Of a DNA stretch of 64,000 bases, positions 46,601 through 57,467 are shown in pieces; position 1 is the stretch's first letter; each line of letters starts with the position of its first letter. The DNA comes from Cyanidioschyzon merolae (Eukaryota): the NCBI GenBank assembly GCA_000091205.1, contig AP006502.2, one strand, 5' to 3'. The notes below the pieces were generated by a model. It was not told where the DNA came from and did not search any database. It saw nothing but the letters and a program-made list of their open reading frames with translations. The position numbers and the translations under genes are program-made.

Positions 46601-46963
46601 GAGCTTGAGGCCAGTTCCTCGACAGAGGATGCGCTACTCCAGACGTGGCGGAATGTATCGCCTTTTGGTGGTGTCTGGTACGTGGACAGTGCGGCCCCTG
46701 CTCATGAATTGAAGGCCAAGTCCGATGTTGGAGCGAACCAAGACTCGTTCGTGCCATCTGCTGCTGACAGGGAGCCCCGATCTCCCCGCGACGGTACTGC
46801 GACAATGGTGGAGAGATTCCCCGACTGGTCGTTGGTGGGCAATCACCGCGACGTTCTTTTAGCCGATCTAGATGATCTCGGACCTGATATCGATATGCGC
46901 CATGTTGCATCAGGTTTGCGAGATGAAGTTTTTGGCGAAACGCACCGCATAAACTTGGCCTAG
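43700..46963 (+). CDS. hypothetical large protein (1087 aa), no recognisable domain
   Basis: A long ATG-initiated ORF with non-repetitive, structured-looking composition. The antisense ORFs across it are short. Confidence 0.4.
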   Translation: MNIVYKLGGTLAASSQDNRPAEAFSINVHNWSFGSAVTHWTLADWCHQGPDLVAAICLVTGSENASPQNSLGVEGPQSAKTPSVLVFHAESPQELVVLAAPAGLWPNALSWRPPLDTRLFRVITNREGKQRVAEFADVEQSQQLVFGARSNWPRLLVLHGCSLWRIWGPHASGFRVNRWRITHEEECMWQLRDISWMPQLDLPLIGVCGLAANGEVQLWIAPDTEDDKGLFAVHTLTICEPRIILGQLNFINPAVSYFSYGDAELHQPCAAFLRSEQSSAEDKNGIASIQTEDWRLVCARVVYATQDNDDCFQVCEIGFLIPCTRQSNAETCNAVQPLPDRVRIIAKPLGSICLSTNRSGASEFPTGADPLVPSAGLAAEAPAVPCRFQICPSTGDIFIVIERREVQRWRFDSKTAQDGLSKALENHTISGRVSEPSPSVDREHGLLGDPSWSRVGSFQHERTIDTMRLSPNSLFVLLGSGDATLTVLKGDRVAWASGSTLTGSLQIGPMEVAAMAIAPSPHAGCAFVLTNAPVEFGSIVQLPADHLDASFIAKTLCRMMQHREGATERVFDLITRIRDEPKIFAQIVKALEQLHAPRRCFTMLMLCHTLLTPLWLALNTISVPVRILESLSGVIACASHMYASADHNMKPLDVRLERLRLFTRPRLSQLSTGDSERMFCAAQKILCMGAAWIRHAALTTMLFMRADELPPLWAALRRQDWASMIQFIKHQGVASGAVDDRRVTPRDTAAAAAAMGDWGVTPGTGSATSQVLIHDFLRVSFHFVHDPYYVRLINIACCCAVAVLAELRSLSLIPRELIARVRLQFDLETGHQIAAAIQDLRDAWRGMDAELTLLLRTQRNGYMANSPRPADLSDAIRTRLDALKSAIHRHMLANIAVAQRLLENPHFALERLEDCAGMFGSSMRGFFLRTAPLRVSSDMLSHDAVTCMPLEAAAGRRRCSRTGLVATELEASSSTEDALLQTWRNVSPFGGVWYVDSAAPAHELKAKSDVGANQDSFVPSAADREPRSPRDGTATMVERFPDWSLVGNHRDVLLADLDDLGPDIDMRHVASGLRDEVFGETHRINLA

Positions 46964-48781
46964 CTTGTGTTCAGTGTCGTAGGTGACCACACTGCCTGTA
47001 AAATTCATGAGAGCGCACTCGTAGCGTGCAGTGCCCGCATCCGTATCGAAAGGCGTTCCAGGAGGCCCCCGGAGAGGCGTCACGGACGCGCTTGCTGCCC
47101 GCCCCGGTTCCTGAGGTTCAAATCCGCCACAACGAATGCACTGGAATCATCACGCAAGTTTTCCATAGAGCATGCGCCGCGAATGGGGTACCCGGTTTCC
47201 CAGTGCTTTTCCACATGTGCAGCCATCGGGGCAAACTTGGGGCAATATGCAGCGCGCTGGTCGAGGCTCGAGCTCGTGATATATGTCGTTTGTGTCTTTA
47301 TTCAGGTCACGGGCTAGAATACTGTGTGCAATGGATGACCGTTGTATGCAGGCGCGACGTTGAAACCTGTACTTGGGAGACGCGCTCTCGTTGCACCCTG
47401 GAGTTGTAGAACGACGCTGGCTCGAATCCTGGCTTGCACCTCTGTGCGCTCGACATTTGGAACCTCAGCTGTGTTGGACTTTCGTTATCCTGAATAGAGG
47501 CTTTCTCGAACATTTACACGCTGGAGGCTACAACTGCGGAACGTGCCGCGAAGTCTCGCTCTATCCAGTTGAGAAAACTGGTCTTCTTGAAGTTCTGCTA
47601 GCCTCTGCGCGGCGTCTTTTTCCTGACAGCTGCAGAATAGATGAACTCTTTACTGGATTCTGTTTTACGGCATATGTACGGTGCGCTGCACCTAATATGG
47701 CTCTGTCGATTGGCTAGCCGCTCCGAAGCGGCTAATGTCCGCGCATCTAACCCAAACCTTTGCATTGGTTCAGTTTAACAGAGGGTACTGCAGACGTGCA
47801 TCCCAACGGGTGCCTTCACTCATGAACATACTCGCTGTAACAAGTTGCAACCCTGGAGCGCATTATTGACGATGACTGAACGTATCTGAGGAAGCGGGCT
47901 TCGCTGCTCATACAGAAGCTTGTAGAGAGGTCGAGCGACTCGCGCAAGGCCGTTCGAAAAGCACCACGTCCATACGGACAGTTCGGTAAGCCTCGACGCA
48001 CAACAATTCTTGGAACGTCGCTGTACATACCGACGGTTCCGGGGAATTGCACGTCTTGCACGGAAGTTCGTTTTCCTAAACACACGAAGTTATACCGATG
48101 TCCCGCAACCAAGCGGTGCCAAGGCCAGTTTCTCGCCCGGGCCTCGAGCTTCAGGGCCACAGCTGAGACGCCTTTCAAACCTCTCCCAGCAGGTTTGCTT
48201 ATGCACAGGCTTTCTCAAGTGGCTCCGAGTCTTGCCATCAGCTCAGTTGGAAGCCTGCAGCCGACGGTGGCCTCCGCGTCCCGGCAAGTAAACCAAAGAC
48301 CGGGCAGGGACTCGCGTCGCTCCAAGTTGTCTACGAAGACCAGCGTGTTCTTTCGCGTTCGCTGCAGCGCTTCCTGCAGCTACGAATGCTGCAAAGCACG
48401 CATGAGGAGGTCTTACAGGGGTATGCGGGAATCCCATGGCAAAGGGTTAGCTTTTGATTGACGTTTCTTTCCCAATAGCGGGAGCATGCACTTGGAGGTA
48501 GTCCACGAGCATGACGCAATGTGTATGGAGAGCGCTCGCGACCCATACCTGCATACTGGCTTACACTGCGCAACCAGCCTCTCGGTGTTCGTAGCGCACC
48601 GCACCAGCAACTGAGGAAAGCATACCAGAACGTAGTTTGCGCGACCGCTGCAAACATTGATTGTTCAAGGACTATGCGGGGAGTACGCTACCGAGCCGAG
48701 GGACGGAAACAACACATGCCGTCGTCTGCCGCCGCGAGGATAGCAGGATACCACTCTCCTCAAAGTGAGCCGCTATTCCAG

Positions 48782-49040
48782 GCAGTCGTATCAGGGCCAG
48801 TGTGATAAACAACGACCTGAGAAACGCCAGAAAGCGCTTGATAATCGTCATCGTCACTGGAGTCAGTATCACAGGAACGGCGCATGCTCTTTTGAAGATG
48901 ATTCCGACCACTACGCAGTCATATCAGGGCCACTGTGATAAACAACGACCTGAGAAACGCCAGGAAGCGCTTGATAATCGTCATCGTCACTGGAGTCAGT
49001 ATCACAGGAACGGCGCATGCTCTTTTGAAGATGATTCCGA
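48782..49040. repeat. tandem duplication of a ~126-bp unit spanning the 3' coding end and 3' flank of the BRCT gene
   Basis: 48782-48907 and 48915-49040 differ by about 3 substitutions and are separated by a 7-bp junction. The BRCT CDS uses copy 2 and ends in the junction. Confidence 0.9.
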
Positions 49041-51847
49041 AAGAAGTTCGCTAGGGCTGCAGAGGAAGCCTCTCTGTCTCTGGGCTTAACGGTACTTTCA
49101 GCTTGCGATGCTGACTCCTTTTCTATTCGCAGTTGGGCGCTGGGCATCGTGCTATGCGGGTCCAGGCTCTGACCTGCCGAATCATTATGGACAGCGTCAG
49201 AAAGCTCGGGAACATGCTCCACTGAGGTACGAATGCCATCACAGACCTCATCTCTGCAAGTTTCCACCGCACAAGTGCTTCTCCGAAGCTCATGGGAACT
49301 TGTATGTAAAACCTGAGTTATCTGAGCCCCGGTTTCCTGTTGAGCACCTGGTTGCGGCGTCTGTTCATACCTCGCTGATATTGCGCTGGATATAGGCACA
49401 GACCCCTGATTCGGCTGCATTGCAAATCTGCCGTCGTGTTCGGCGTCTAACATCCGTTTCAGCCCCAATATGGTGTCGGAGAATGAGAGTCGCCGGCATT
49501 CAGAACCGGTGACACGCTCAGTAGCTTCCGCTGCCCAGCGATACTTGTCGTTAGGGAGAATGCGGCCCGCGGCAACGCAGTCCAATAACCACTGTACCCG
49601 CAAGGCTGGAATATTCCAGAGCACTGCTCTCTCATATTTCTTCCCTTGCGGCGACTCCGAAATGAGCATATCGGTATGATGGTGGCGGAGTCGTTCCGAG
49701 TAAGTAGCACCGAGCAACCGGACCAAGTGTTCGAGGGTTCTACGACACAGCACCATCTGGAACGTTGCTCCTGGGCCGTAAGAGGTGCGACGTGACTGGA
49801 AAAATCCAGAAACGCAGATCGTTTTCCCGCAGAGCCCTTCAAGAGGAACACGAGTGGGCAGCGGTTGGTACCGCGGGTCGGTGAGATAATCGTGAAGCGT
49901 GTTATCCCGGAGACAGTCCTGCACCCATTCGAGCGTTACAAGTGGCGCATTTCGCGTTTCTTTGGATGCAAACTGATCACCATGTACCGAAACAGCAAAA
50001 TCTATAGTCGTCGCTACCGAAATGCGTCGCTCATTGTTCACCGAATCAATCACCTGGGCTCCAGCAGCTCGCAACTGCTTTGCGACAGAAGCAGCCAGAG
50101 CTGGCTGTACACGTATAAGAGGAATGAGGCTCACGCAGGTACCGCGAAAGCAGCTACAAGTCTGGGGTAGGAGCGACCGAGGACTCTTGCTTGCACGAGA
50201 ATCAGCAGCATTTTCGCTCCACGCTTGAGCATGGTCCCGAACGCGGGCGCTTGCAATGCTCAAGAAGTCCGGAGGAATGCACTCTTGCCGTGCAACGCAA
50301 ACTTCAAGCCACTGGAGTGAGCACCACATCACGCCAGAGCGCCAGCTCCACTGAAAGAAATCGAAGACCTGGGGGTTCAGCTCCGCTGCCAATTCGGATG
50401 GTGCAATCACATGTGTGATCAAGGGACTCCAGAATATGTGCAAAAATCCACCGGAACGACGAATCCAAGCTCTAGCACGGTATCTCTGGTCCTCGGAGAG
50501 TCCAAACAGGAAAAAATGAAAATCCTCCAATGGACTGGTAAACGTTTCCGCGTCATCGTCGTCTTGTGGAGGGGAGCATTCAGCAGAAACTGGATTCGCT
50601 GCGCTCGAATTCACCGAAGACGGTTCATCGACAACGGCCACCGTGGCATTGTTCAAGGTGCTGCACATGGAAGTACCCCAGTGTTCGGTGTTTTTCTGAT
50701 GACCAGCGGGAACATGATCCTGGGAACTTGTTGCGCCAATGGCTGCAACAGCTGCGCACGCTAATGGAGGCGGTATGTCTGCTTCTGCGAGCAACGTGCT
50801 CACCTGATAGGTGCCTAAACCCTGGAGCTGATCACTTTCGGGCTGGGGCCCCAGCACAGCATTTCCCATCAAAGAAGCGATCCGTTCGTTCGTAGTTTGC
50901 AGCTGGAATTCGGAGGACCCTTGAAACCCCTCTGCTGCACATGGTTGGGGTCCACCCTGGGAGCCTTGGGTAAAGTCCGCATCCGCGAGATCCGCTGCAG
51001 TAATGAAGTAGGGTTCGCACTCTACGAGCCTCTGCTCGCTCTCGCATCTCTCTACCCAACAGAAAGATAGGATGATGAGTCCATGCCGCAGCGCATAGCG
51101 TACTTTGCGACCACTTGCTCGATGCACGACCAAATGAGTAGAGCAAGTGCTAATATTCCGGACATACTGACCACCATACTTTGTCACCAGAGCGTTCAAC
51201 CGATTGATCTCTGCGTCCAGCAACTGGGCAGAGCTAAATTTCAGGCCAGCGAGAGGTTCCAGCTCGTGCTTCATCTCAGGGCAACGTCGCCGTTGCGCCC
51301 AGCATTCCTCGAGCCAAGCTGGGCGAAGGATCCAGATGCCATGGCGACGACCTACGAGTACTTTTTTCGTGTCAGCCCGTGTGGCGAGAATGTGGGTCAC
51401 ATTTCGCCGCAAATCGCCAGAGAACTCGAAACCAACAAGACTACAAAGGCGTTCTATGCGCGATCGCTGCTCTGCTGATAATCCACTGCAGGTCACGACG
51501 ATCGCAGCTCGCGCGGGCGTCAAACATGATATCATTTCGCGTGCTGCTTCCTCGTTTGTTTTGCAGACGCTCATTAGCTGAGGGTTTAGCGCATGTTTGG
51601 GAGCAGTATCCATCGATACAATTTCAGAACAAAGCGCTTCATGAGTAGAACCGTGAGCAGTGTCGAACTTTTGGTTTCCACCGCCATCGAGGGAGTGTTT
51701 CGGGTGTAAGGCCGGGGTTTCTTCGACGCGACTGACCGAACAAGTTGCCGAACTTTGCGCTGGAGTACCCGTACTAGGCGAGGATGGGGCGGTGCACGGT
51801 TGCAAAGAGCCGACCTCGCCCCGAGCTGCCCTGCACGCTTCAGCCAT
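48911..51847 (-). CDS. multi-BRCT-domain protein (TopBP1/Dpb11/Cut5-like)
   Basis: At least four BRCT-like modules. Examples: VVTCSGLSAEQRSRIERLCSLVGFEFSGDLRRNVTHILA...GIWILRPAWLEEC; STHLVVHRASGRKVRYALRHGLIILSFCWVERC; LITHVIAPSEL...WCSLQWLEVC; HTDMLISESPQGKKYERAVLWNIPALRVQWLLDC. The ATG is at 51847. The last ~42 codons lie in the second copy of a ~126-bp tandem duplication. Confidence 0.6.
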   Translation of the reverse strand: MAEACRAARGEVGSLQPCTAPSSPSTGTPAQSSATCSVSRVEETPALHPKHSLDGGGNQKFDTAHGSTHEALCSEIVSMDTAPKHALNPQLMSVCKTNEEAAREMISCLTPARAAIVVTCSGLSAEQRSRIERLCSLVGFEFSGDLRRNVTHILATRADTKKVLVGRRHGIWILRPAWLEECWAQRRRCPEMKHELEPLAGLKFSSAQLLDAEINRLNALVTKYGGQYVRNISTCSTHLVVHRASGRKVRYALRHGLIILSFCWVERCESEQRLVECEPYFITAADLADADFTQGSQGGPQPCAAEGFQGSSEFQLQTTNERIASLMGNAVLGPQPESDQLQGLGTYQVSTLLAEADIPPPLACAAVAAIGATSSQDHVPAGHQKNTEHWGTSMCSTLNNATVAVVDEPSSVNSSAANPVSAECSPPQDDDDAETFTSPLEDFHFFLFGLSEDQRYRARAWIRRSGGFLHIFWSPLITHVIAPSELAAELNPQVFDFFQWSWRSGVMWCSLQWLEVCVARQECIPPDFLSIASARVRDHAQAWSENAADSRASKSPRSLLPQTCSCFRGTCVSLIPLIRVQPALAASVAKQLRAAGAQVIDSVNNERRISVATTIDFAVSVHGDQFASKETRNAPLVTLEWVQDCLRDNTLHDYLTDPRYQPLPTRVPLEGLCGKTICVSGFFQSRRTSYGPGATFQMVLCRRTLEHLVRLLGATYSERLRHHHTDMLISESPQGKKYERAVLWNIPALRVQWLLDCVAAGRILPNDKYRWAAEATERVTGSECRRLSFSDTILGLKRMLDAEHDGRFAMQPNQGSVPISSAISARYEQTPQPGAQQETGAQITQVLHTSSHELRRSTCAVETCRDEVCDGIRTSVEHVPELSDAVHNDSAGQSLDPHSTMPSAQLRIEKESASQAESTVKPRDREASSAALANFFRNHLQKSMRRSCDTDSSDDDDYQALPGVSQVVVYHSGPDMTA

Positions 51848-52378
51848 AACGTGCGCCGTTCCGTTGCGCGCCTATGCACTTTGCGCTTCGATACCAAGTC
51901 CAGGGGAATCGCAAGCCTTCTCAGCAGCTCGACGCCACGTTTGATCCCTTTTTGGCAGGTTTCCTTCGCACAGGTTCCAGAAGATGCCTCACTGACGCTG
52001 GAGTACGCCCCAGTACTGGGTCCGATCCCGGTGCGGTGGTGCACACACGAGCGGCGCCTTCAGTAAGGAGCCGCTAGCGACTGAAAACAGCCGCCAACAA
52101 CGATCGCGGTAACCTGTGTAAACCCTGCTGTAGTTTTCCACTCTGGACACCGTTTCCGCAATACACGTCTTGTCCCTACCTAACAAGTTTAGGCTCTCAG
52201 AATGGGGGCACGCTCGTGGCCCAGGGAGATGTCATGTTCGTCACGGCTGTGGCGTGAATGCTGCGCGGGAGGCGCGATGGCATTGCCCTGCCGCCCTGCA
52301 GAGGCGCTTACGCTACTGTTGGCGGGCTCCGGCAACCACATCGACGACACTTGCTAACTGTTGGCTAGTTCGAGAGTC

Positions 52379-52729
52379 ATGCCTGCATTCACGATAAAGT
52401 GCAACGTTGAACTTTCAAAGGAGAAAGCTACAGCGCTGTGTAAGGAGGCGAGCAAGGTCATGGCTGACATTTTGGGGAAACCCGAGTCGTTCGTGACTGT
52501 GACTTACGAGGTGCCGCTAGCCATGACCTGGGACGGTAACGAGGAACCGGCTGCCGTTTGCATGCTACTTTCTCTTGGAACCTCTAGCCCGGAACATAAC
52601 GTCAAGGTATCCGCCAAAGTTGCAGAACTTTTGCGTAAACACTGCGGGGTGCAGCCGAGTCGCTACTATGTGGAGTTCGTGGACCCTCCGCGGAGCGACC
52701 TAGGTTGGAATGGACGCACTTTTGCGTAA
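52379..52729 (+). CDS. MIF: macrophage migration inhibitory factor / tautomerase family protein
   Basis: A 116-aa protein starting MPAFTIKCNV, with the catalytic Pro at position 2 and colinear MIF-fold similarity. The track start at 52361 is a TTG codon; the first ATG is at 52379. Confidence 0.75.
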   Translation: MPAFTIKCNVELSKEKATALCKEASKVMADILGKPESFVTVTYEVPLAMTWDGNEEPAAVCMLLSLGTSSPEHNVKVSAKVAELLRKHCGVQPSRYYVEFVDPPRSDLGWNGRTFA

Positions 52730-52781
52730 CAAACACAGCAAAACACTTTTAGACGAAATATCTGGGAGGTAAAGATGGGAT

Positions 52782-54080
52782 CTATGCTGAATTGTTCGCA
52801 ACGACTTGTGCGTACGCCCAGTCTATCCATTTCGTAAGCAGCTCGATGTCCGTCGCATCCACCGTGGCCCCACACCAGATGCGAATACCTGGCGGTGCGT
52901 CCCGATAACTATCAATATCATAGGCTACTTGCTCGTCCTCCAGTAACTGAGTAAGCTGCTTGACCGCGTCGCGTTGAATTTTGGTGAAACGGAGACAAAC
53001 ACTGGTGCAACTGCGCGTTCGCTCGTCAAGGGCGAGAAACTCGATCCAGTCGCGGGAACGCACCCACTGTTCGAGAACGGCTAAGTTGCGCCGGCTGCGT
53101 TCCACAAGAGCAGACAAGCCACCGATAGAATCCGCCCAGCGTAGGGCGTCCAAATAGTCTTCTACGCACAACATGGAGACGGTATTGATCACGTTTCCTT
53201 CAAATATAGATACATCGAGTTTGCCCTTCTTCTTCAAGCGAAAGATCTTCGGTAGCGGCCAGGGCGGTGTATACTGCTCGAGGCGTTCGACTGCTCGTGG
53301 AGAAAGTATGAGCATTCCGTGGGCTGCCTCACCGCCGAGAACCTTCTGCCAAGAGTATGTCAGCACGTCAATTTTGTGCCATGGAATGGACATTGCGAAA
53401 ACAGCAGAGGTTGCATCACAAATGGTGAGACCTCGACGCTGGTCCGGTATCCAGTCAGCATCGGGGACTGCGACACCGGAAGTAGTTCCATTCCAGGTGA
53501 AAACGACGTCGTGTTCAGCAGCATTCACAGCACTGAGGTCTGGTAACTCGCCATATGCTGTTGCTTTGAATTCGCGCACGTTTGGCAGTTTTAGATGCTT
53601 GACCGCATCCTCGTACCAACCCGCACCGAAGGATTCCCAATGACAAATATCTACAGGCAGCGGGCCAAGAAGATTCCACATAGCCATTTCGACGGCGCCG
53701 GTATCGCTTGCGGGAACAATACCCACCAGGTAGTCCGACGGGAGCTCCAGAATCCTCTTCGTTTCCTCGATCGCCTCTTTGAGTTTCTTCTTCCCTATTT
53801 TTGAGCGGTGGGAGCGCCCAATTGGTGCATCCGATAACGCTTTCGCTAGATCGTAACCAGGACGCTTCTTACAGGGCCCCGACGAAAAACACGGCGACAG
53901 TGGGCGATCCTGCGGACGGGCTTCCGAGTGCTCTGTATTCGTTGAGTCCATAGCTGTCACCATAACCCAGCTGCATAAACGCTGCTTGTACTTCGTTTTC
54001 GCTGATCTAAATTGTTCTGTTCTGTTCTCACGTAGCTTGATAAGTGGACCAGGTGTGATGAAGAGCGACCCCTTGCACAT
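52782..54080 (-). CDS. PSAT: phosphoserine aminotransferase-like class V aminotransferase (long/Methanosarcina-type SerC), with N-terminal extension
   Basis: Class V aminotransferase architecture with a PLP-lysine context ([20 protein letters not shown]), [21 protein letters not shown] and [10 protein letters not shown]. The track start is a GTG codon; the first ATG is at 54080. The true start could instead be a later Met (MVTAMDSTN). Confidence 0.55.
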   Translation of the reverse strand: MCKGSLFITPGPLIKLRENRTEQFRSAKTKYKQRLCSWVMVTAMDSTNTEHSEARPQDRPLSPCFSSGPCKKRPGYDLAKALSDAPIGRSHRSKIGKKKLKEAIEETKRILELPSDYLVGIVPASDTGAVEMAMWNLLGPLPVDICHWESFGAGWYEDAVKHLKLPNVREFKATAYGELPDLSAVNAAEHDVVFTWNGTTSGVAVPDADWIPDQRRGLTICDATSAVFAMSIPWHKIDVLTYSWQKVLGGEAAHGMLILSPRAVERLEQYTPPWPLPKIFRLKKKGKLDVSIFEGNVINTVSMLCVEDYLDALRWADSIGGLSALVERSRRNLAVLEQWVRSRDWIEFLALDERTRSCTSVCLRFTKIQRDAVKQLTQLLEDEQVAYDIDSYRDAPPGIRIWCGATVDATDIELLTKWIDWAYAQVVANNSA

Positions 54081-54488
54081 CAACACTGGCCTTCAACGCC
54101 CGGCGTGAAAGTGCTCTATACACAAAGCAACCCCGTTGCCGCTTGCGATCCGGCTAAGAGCTCGTCAAAGTCTTCCTCGGGCACTAAAGTCGGTATCCTG
54201 CGTGCAGATCGCCCAGTTGCACTCACTCCAAAAGTTTTCACGCAATCGTACGGAGCTCGAGTCCTTCCAGTAAAGATACCAAGCAAGCAACCGTCTAGAA
54301 GACTAGGGCGCAATCCGTTTGTGTAAGCGCGGCGGCTGCGGCGACGACGATTGCAGCAACTGCAGCGCTTGCAAAGCCGCCGCAGCGGTACACCCATGTC
54401 AGAATGAAATGGAAGGGGCCGACTGGCTCAAGCAAACAAATTCGAGTTATGGTCTCTTCCCGATGTTATGAACATCAGCCTTCGCGGG

Positions 54489-54780
54489 CTTTTTCTGTGA
54501 CTGCTTCATATTCCTCTCCCTTATCCGTGGCTTTACATACACTGCTCTCGTCCTTCCTTCCCGCTCCGTTGTCAGCTGGAGAAGGATGTTGATGGCAGCG
54601 ATCAAGTCGCGATTTTGCTGGTTCAAGCTGATGTCAACGCATTTCATGCAAATCCGAAAGTCGCAATCAAACCTTCCTTTGCCATTTCTAGCTTCCTTGA
54701 TCGGAGCCTCTTTGCGCCATGAGCAGCAAGGACGCTTCATCGTGGTCGCGTGTTCCAACGAATCCACCACTTCGCCTCCC
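54489..54780 (-). mobile_element. repeat family 1, copy D
   Basis: The minus-strand ORF reads ...RPCCSWRKEAPIKEARNGKGRFDCDFRICMKCVDISLNQQNRDLIAAINILLQL, the clearest zinc-finger plus NRD-x-IAAINIL motif. The 5' boundary (gggctttttctgtgactgcttc) matches copy B. Confidence 0.5.
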
Positions 54781-55921
54781 CATTGCCGGCCCCGCCACGC
54801 ATGAACGCTTGCCCCTTCGCTCGATGCAGGCCCTTGACAGGCACAGAGGGCTCCTCACAATGCCCACCTCCGGTTTGGCGACCGCTGCAGCACTCGACGA
54901 TCACGGGCGTTTCCTGCATAATCAGCCCGGCAAGTGCTGTGTCCACTGCACGCACACGTGCGAGCTCTTCCATACCATACAGGGTTTATGGAATGAGATG
55001 CGGCCCTAGATGAAACGAGCTCCGGAGGGAAGGCTCAGGGCTGAAGAACACGTCGAGAAATTTCAATCTTTGTACGCCCCTTTCGTGCGAAACGGCAACG
55101 CATACTCTGACCAACGCAATCACTGTGATGACTAAAGTGAGCGTCCAAGACCCTTTTCCATGCGAACGGAATAGAAAGGGACCTGCGGGGGTATGGTACC
55201 TTTCGTGAGTTGCACTGTGCTTGCGTCGAATGCCGATTCGCGAAGAGCCTCAGAGAGCAGGGAATTTGTCTTCCATACAGAATCGATTAGTTGGCACGAC
55301 AATTTCAGGGAACGTTTGGCATGAGCAGTTGAAGAAGCCGTCCAGAGACGACGTCGAGTATTTTCACTCGTCAATCCAGCGGCGCGAATTGCTGCGCCTA
55401 AGACTTGTCCTGCAACGGATAAGATCGACAACTTGAAATATGCGTGATTCTAGCACGCTACACGAACGTAGGGAGGAAGCGCAGAGGTCGTCATTTATGA
55501 ATCGAACAACGATATCGCTTAGTTTACGAGCTATTCATTGGGACGTCGCGAATCATCTTCGAGTCGGCGACTGCGCGACTGACAGCGGCATAACGTTGAA
55601 GGCACCGCTCCGAAAAGACGACTAGGAGTCCTGAACGTATGCATGAATTCGTAAACCCTCATTGCTGTGCTTCGAATATCGAGGTTGTACATGTAAAAAC
55701 AGTTCGGGAAAATTCGCTAGGCAGCAACGGAGCAAGCTGCTCAGTGCTTCATTTTAGTTTGTACGGGTGCGGCCAAGTCCTTCCCAGTAGCTCCTTCCGC
55801 AAAAGGCCGCACTGTTGCGTTCAAGTGAGAATCTCTGTCATATTGCGACATCTAATGAAACAGTATGCGCTTTTCCTGTCATGCTTAGTATCTCCATTCG
55901 AAAGCAGTCGCACTGCAGCCA

Positions 55922-56452
55922 TCAAAGAGGCTCTACTTGCCCTCCAGCAAAGCTTAGGATAGCAGCACGTGTAGCCTCTGGCAATGGCAACTGAACAGAG
56001 GATTTTGTTTCCCAATCCTCCGATTCCAGTTCAGCCTCGTCCAGACACCAAAGTTCGATGCGTATGCAAGGTAGAGGTTGCCTACTCCGGCGAGTAGTGC
56101 TCTCGATAGAGCCTGAGGCTGCCTCTGTTTCCGTTGACCAAGCTATCTCGGTCTGCTGTGCGAGCCTCGGCACCTCCCTTTTTAGCGTCTCAGCGACCGC
56201 AACCGTCCTCTGTATGTTGGCCCCGTTGCCTAGCAGTAAAACAGACTTGGGCTTCTGCCGGGAAGCGCTAACTTGCCCTAGTTCTCCCGCCGTCGAAATT
56301 TCTTTTCCTTCCTGACCAGCCTCGACAGCTGGCTGTTCCTGGTTAGATAACGTCAGAAAAGCTCTCGCTTTTGCAACGAAGTAACGGGACTTTTTCTGAG
56401 AGGTGATCGTAAGAACGAGCTTGTCCTTCGGAGACGTCAGTTCGCAGTTCAT
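55922..56452 (-). CDS. Alba-like domain protein (possibly an RNase P/MRP Pop6/Pop7-type subunit)
   Basis: A 176-aa ATG-initiated ORF with an Alba-fold signature (KLVLTITSQKKSRYFVAKARAFL ... SVLLLGNGANIQRTVAVAETLKREV) and an acidic tail. Confidence 0.35.
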   Translation of the reverse strand: MNCELTSPKDKLVLTITSQKKSRYFVAKARAFLTLSNQEQPAVEAGQEGKEISTAGELGQVSASRQKPKSVLLLGNGANIQRTVAVAETLKREVPRLAQQTEIAWSTETEAASGSIESTTRRSRQPLPCIRIELWCLDEAELESEDWETKSSVQLPLPEATRAAILSFAGGQVEPL

Positions 56453-57467
56453 AGCCTTGGCAACACAAGTTCCTCACGCTTCAAGCAGCACGTAATGTAT
56501 GCTTGCTCCTTGAGGCTCGCTACGTACATAGTCTCAAAGCTACGCGTCCACACCCGCAGGAAGAGGCATGAAACTTGTAATAGCTTGGTTTAATCAGAAC
56601 AATGGCGAGCACGCCGAAAATACCTGAAGTGGGCGCTCCCAAAAAATGTCTCGCGATAGTGGAGCTTAAATATATATCTACCCACGCTCTGTCGCCTACC
56701 GGCCATTTTTGACCTGCCGCCTGCTATCGGTTTCAGTTTATCCAGGCACACCTCGAGCCTGAGAGGCTGCCTCACAAAGGTGGATCGTCTCAGCTCCTCG
56801 GGCCTCATCTTCAGGATCAAACATCGTCTAATATTGCTAGCAACTTCTGAGTCTCGGTTCACGAACTCCTTGCGTGCAGTGCCCTCTGGTTGGCCTCATC
56901 AATGCAAGGATTCCCCGAAAACATGCCATCTGTGGAATGAAGGTATCTTCATCGCCCTGCGGGCGAACAGCTTTTCTCGCCTACCTCACCTCTTGCTTTT
57001 CATTATCTTCTTCATTGCTTGCTCTTGTTTTCTTGATGATCGCCGAGAAGAGATTTTTTCGTTTTTTTTCACAGCAGCCAGCGAGGACTGTCCTCTAGGA
57101 TCCCCGACTTCCATGTGCGCACCTTTCCATTGGGGTTTTACTCTTGAAAATGAATGCCCTTCAAGAGAATCTGCTTTAAACCGCAAAAAAGCAGTTGATG
57201 ACACCCACCAGGTGGCGGAACGCAATTCAGGTTAAAGATCATAGTCTGCATCGCGTCGAGCGCGCGGATCTCGCAGGACTGACCGCTGCTGCTCGAAAAC
57301 TGCATTGATTTAGTTGCAATCCTCTTACGTGGTGTTCTACGTGGAATATTACTGCGCCTCTAAAGAGTCTGTGCGGGGTACTTTACTCGAAAAAGAGTTC
57401 AAGTTGGGTAGGAAATATCGGATACGTTATCCTAGGCGCCTGAAACGTCCGTGCCGTAGGGCGCAAT

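Noticed and set aside
47405-47430. tRNA-like T-loop sequence ggctcgaatcc.
   Set aside because: The flanking bases cannot form a T-stem. No D-arm, anticodon arm or acceptor stem could be built. No tRNA is called anywhere in the window.
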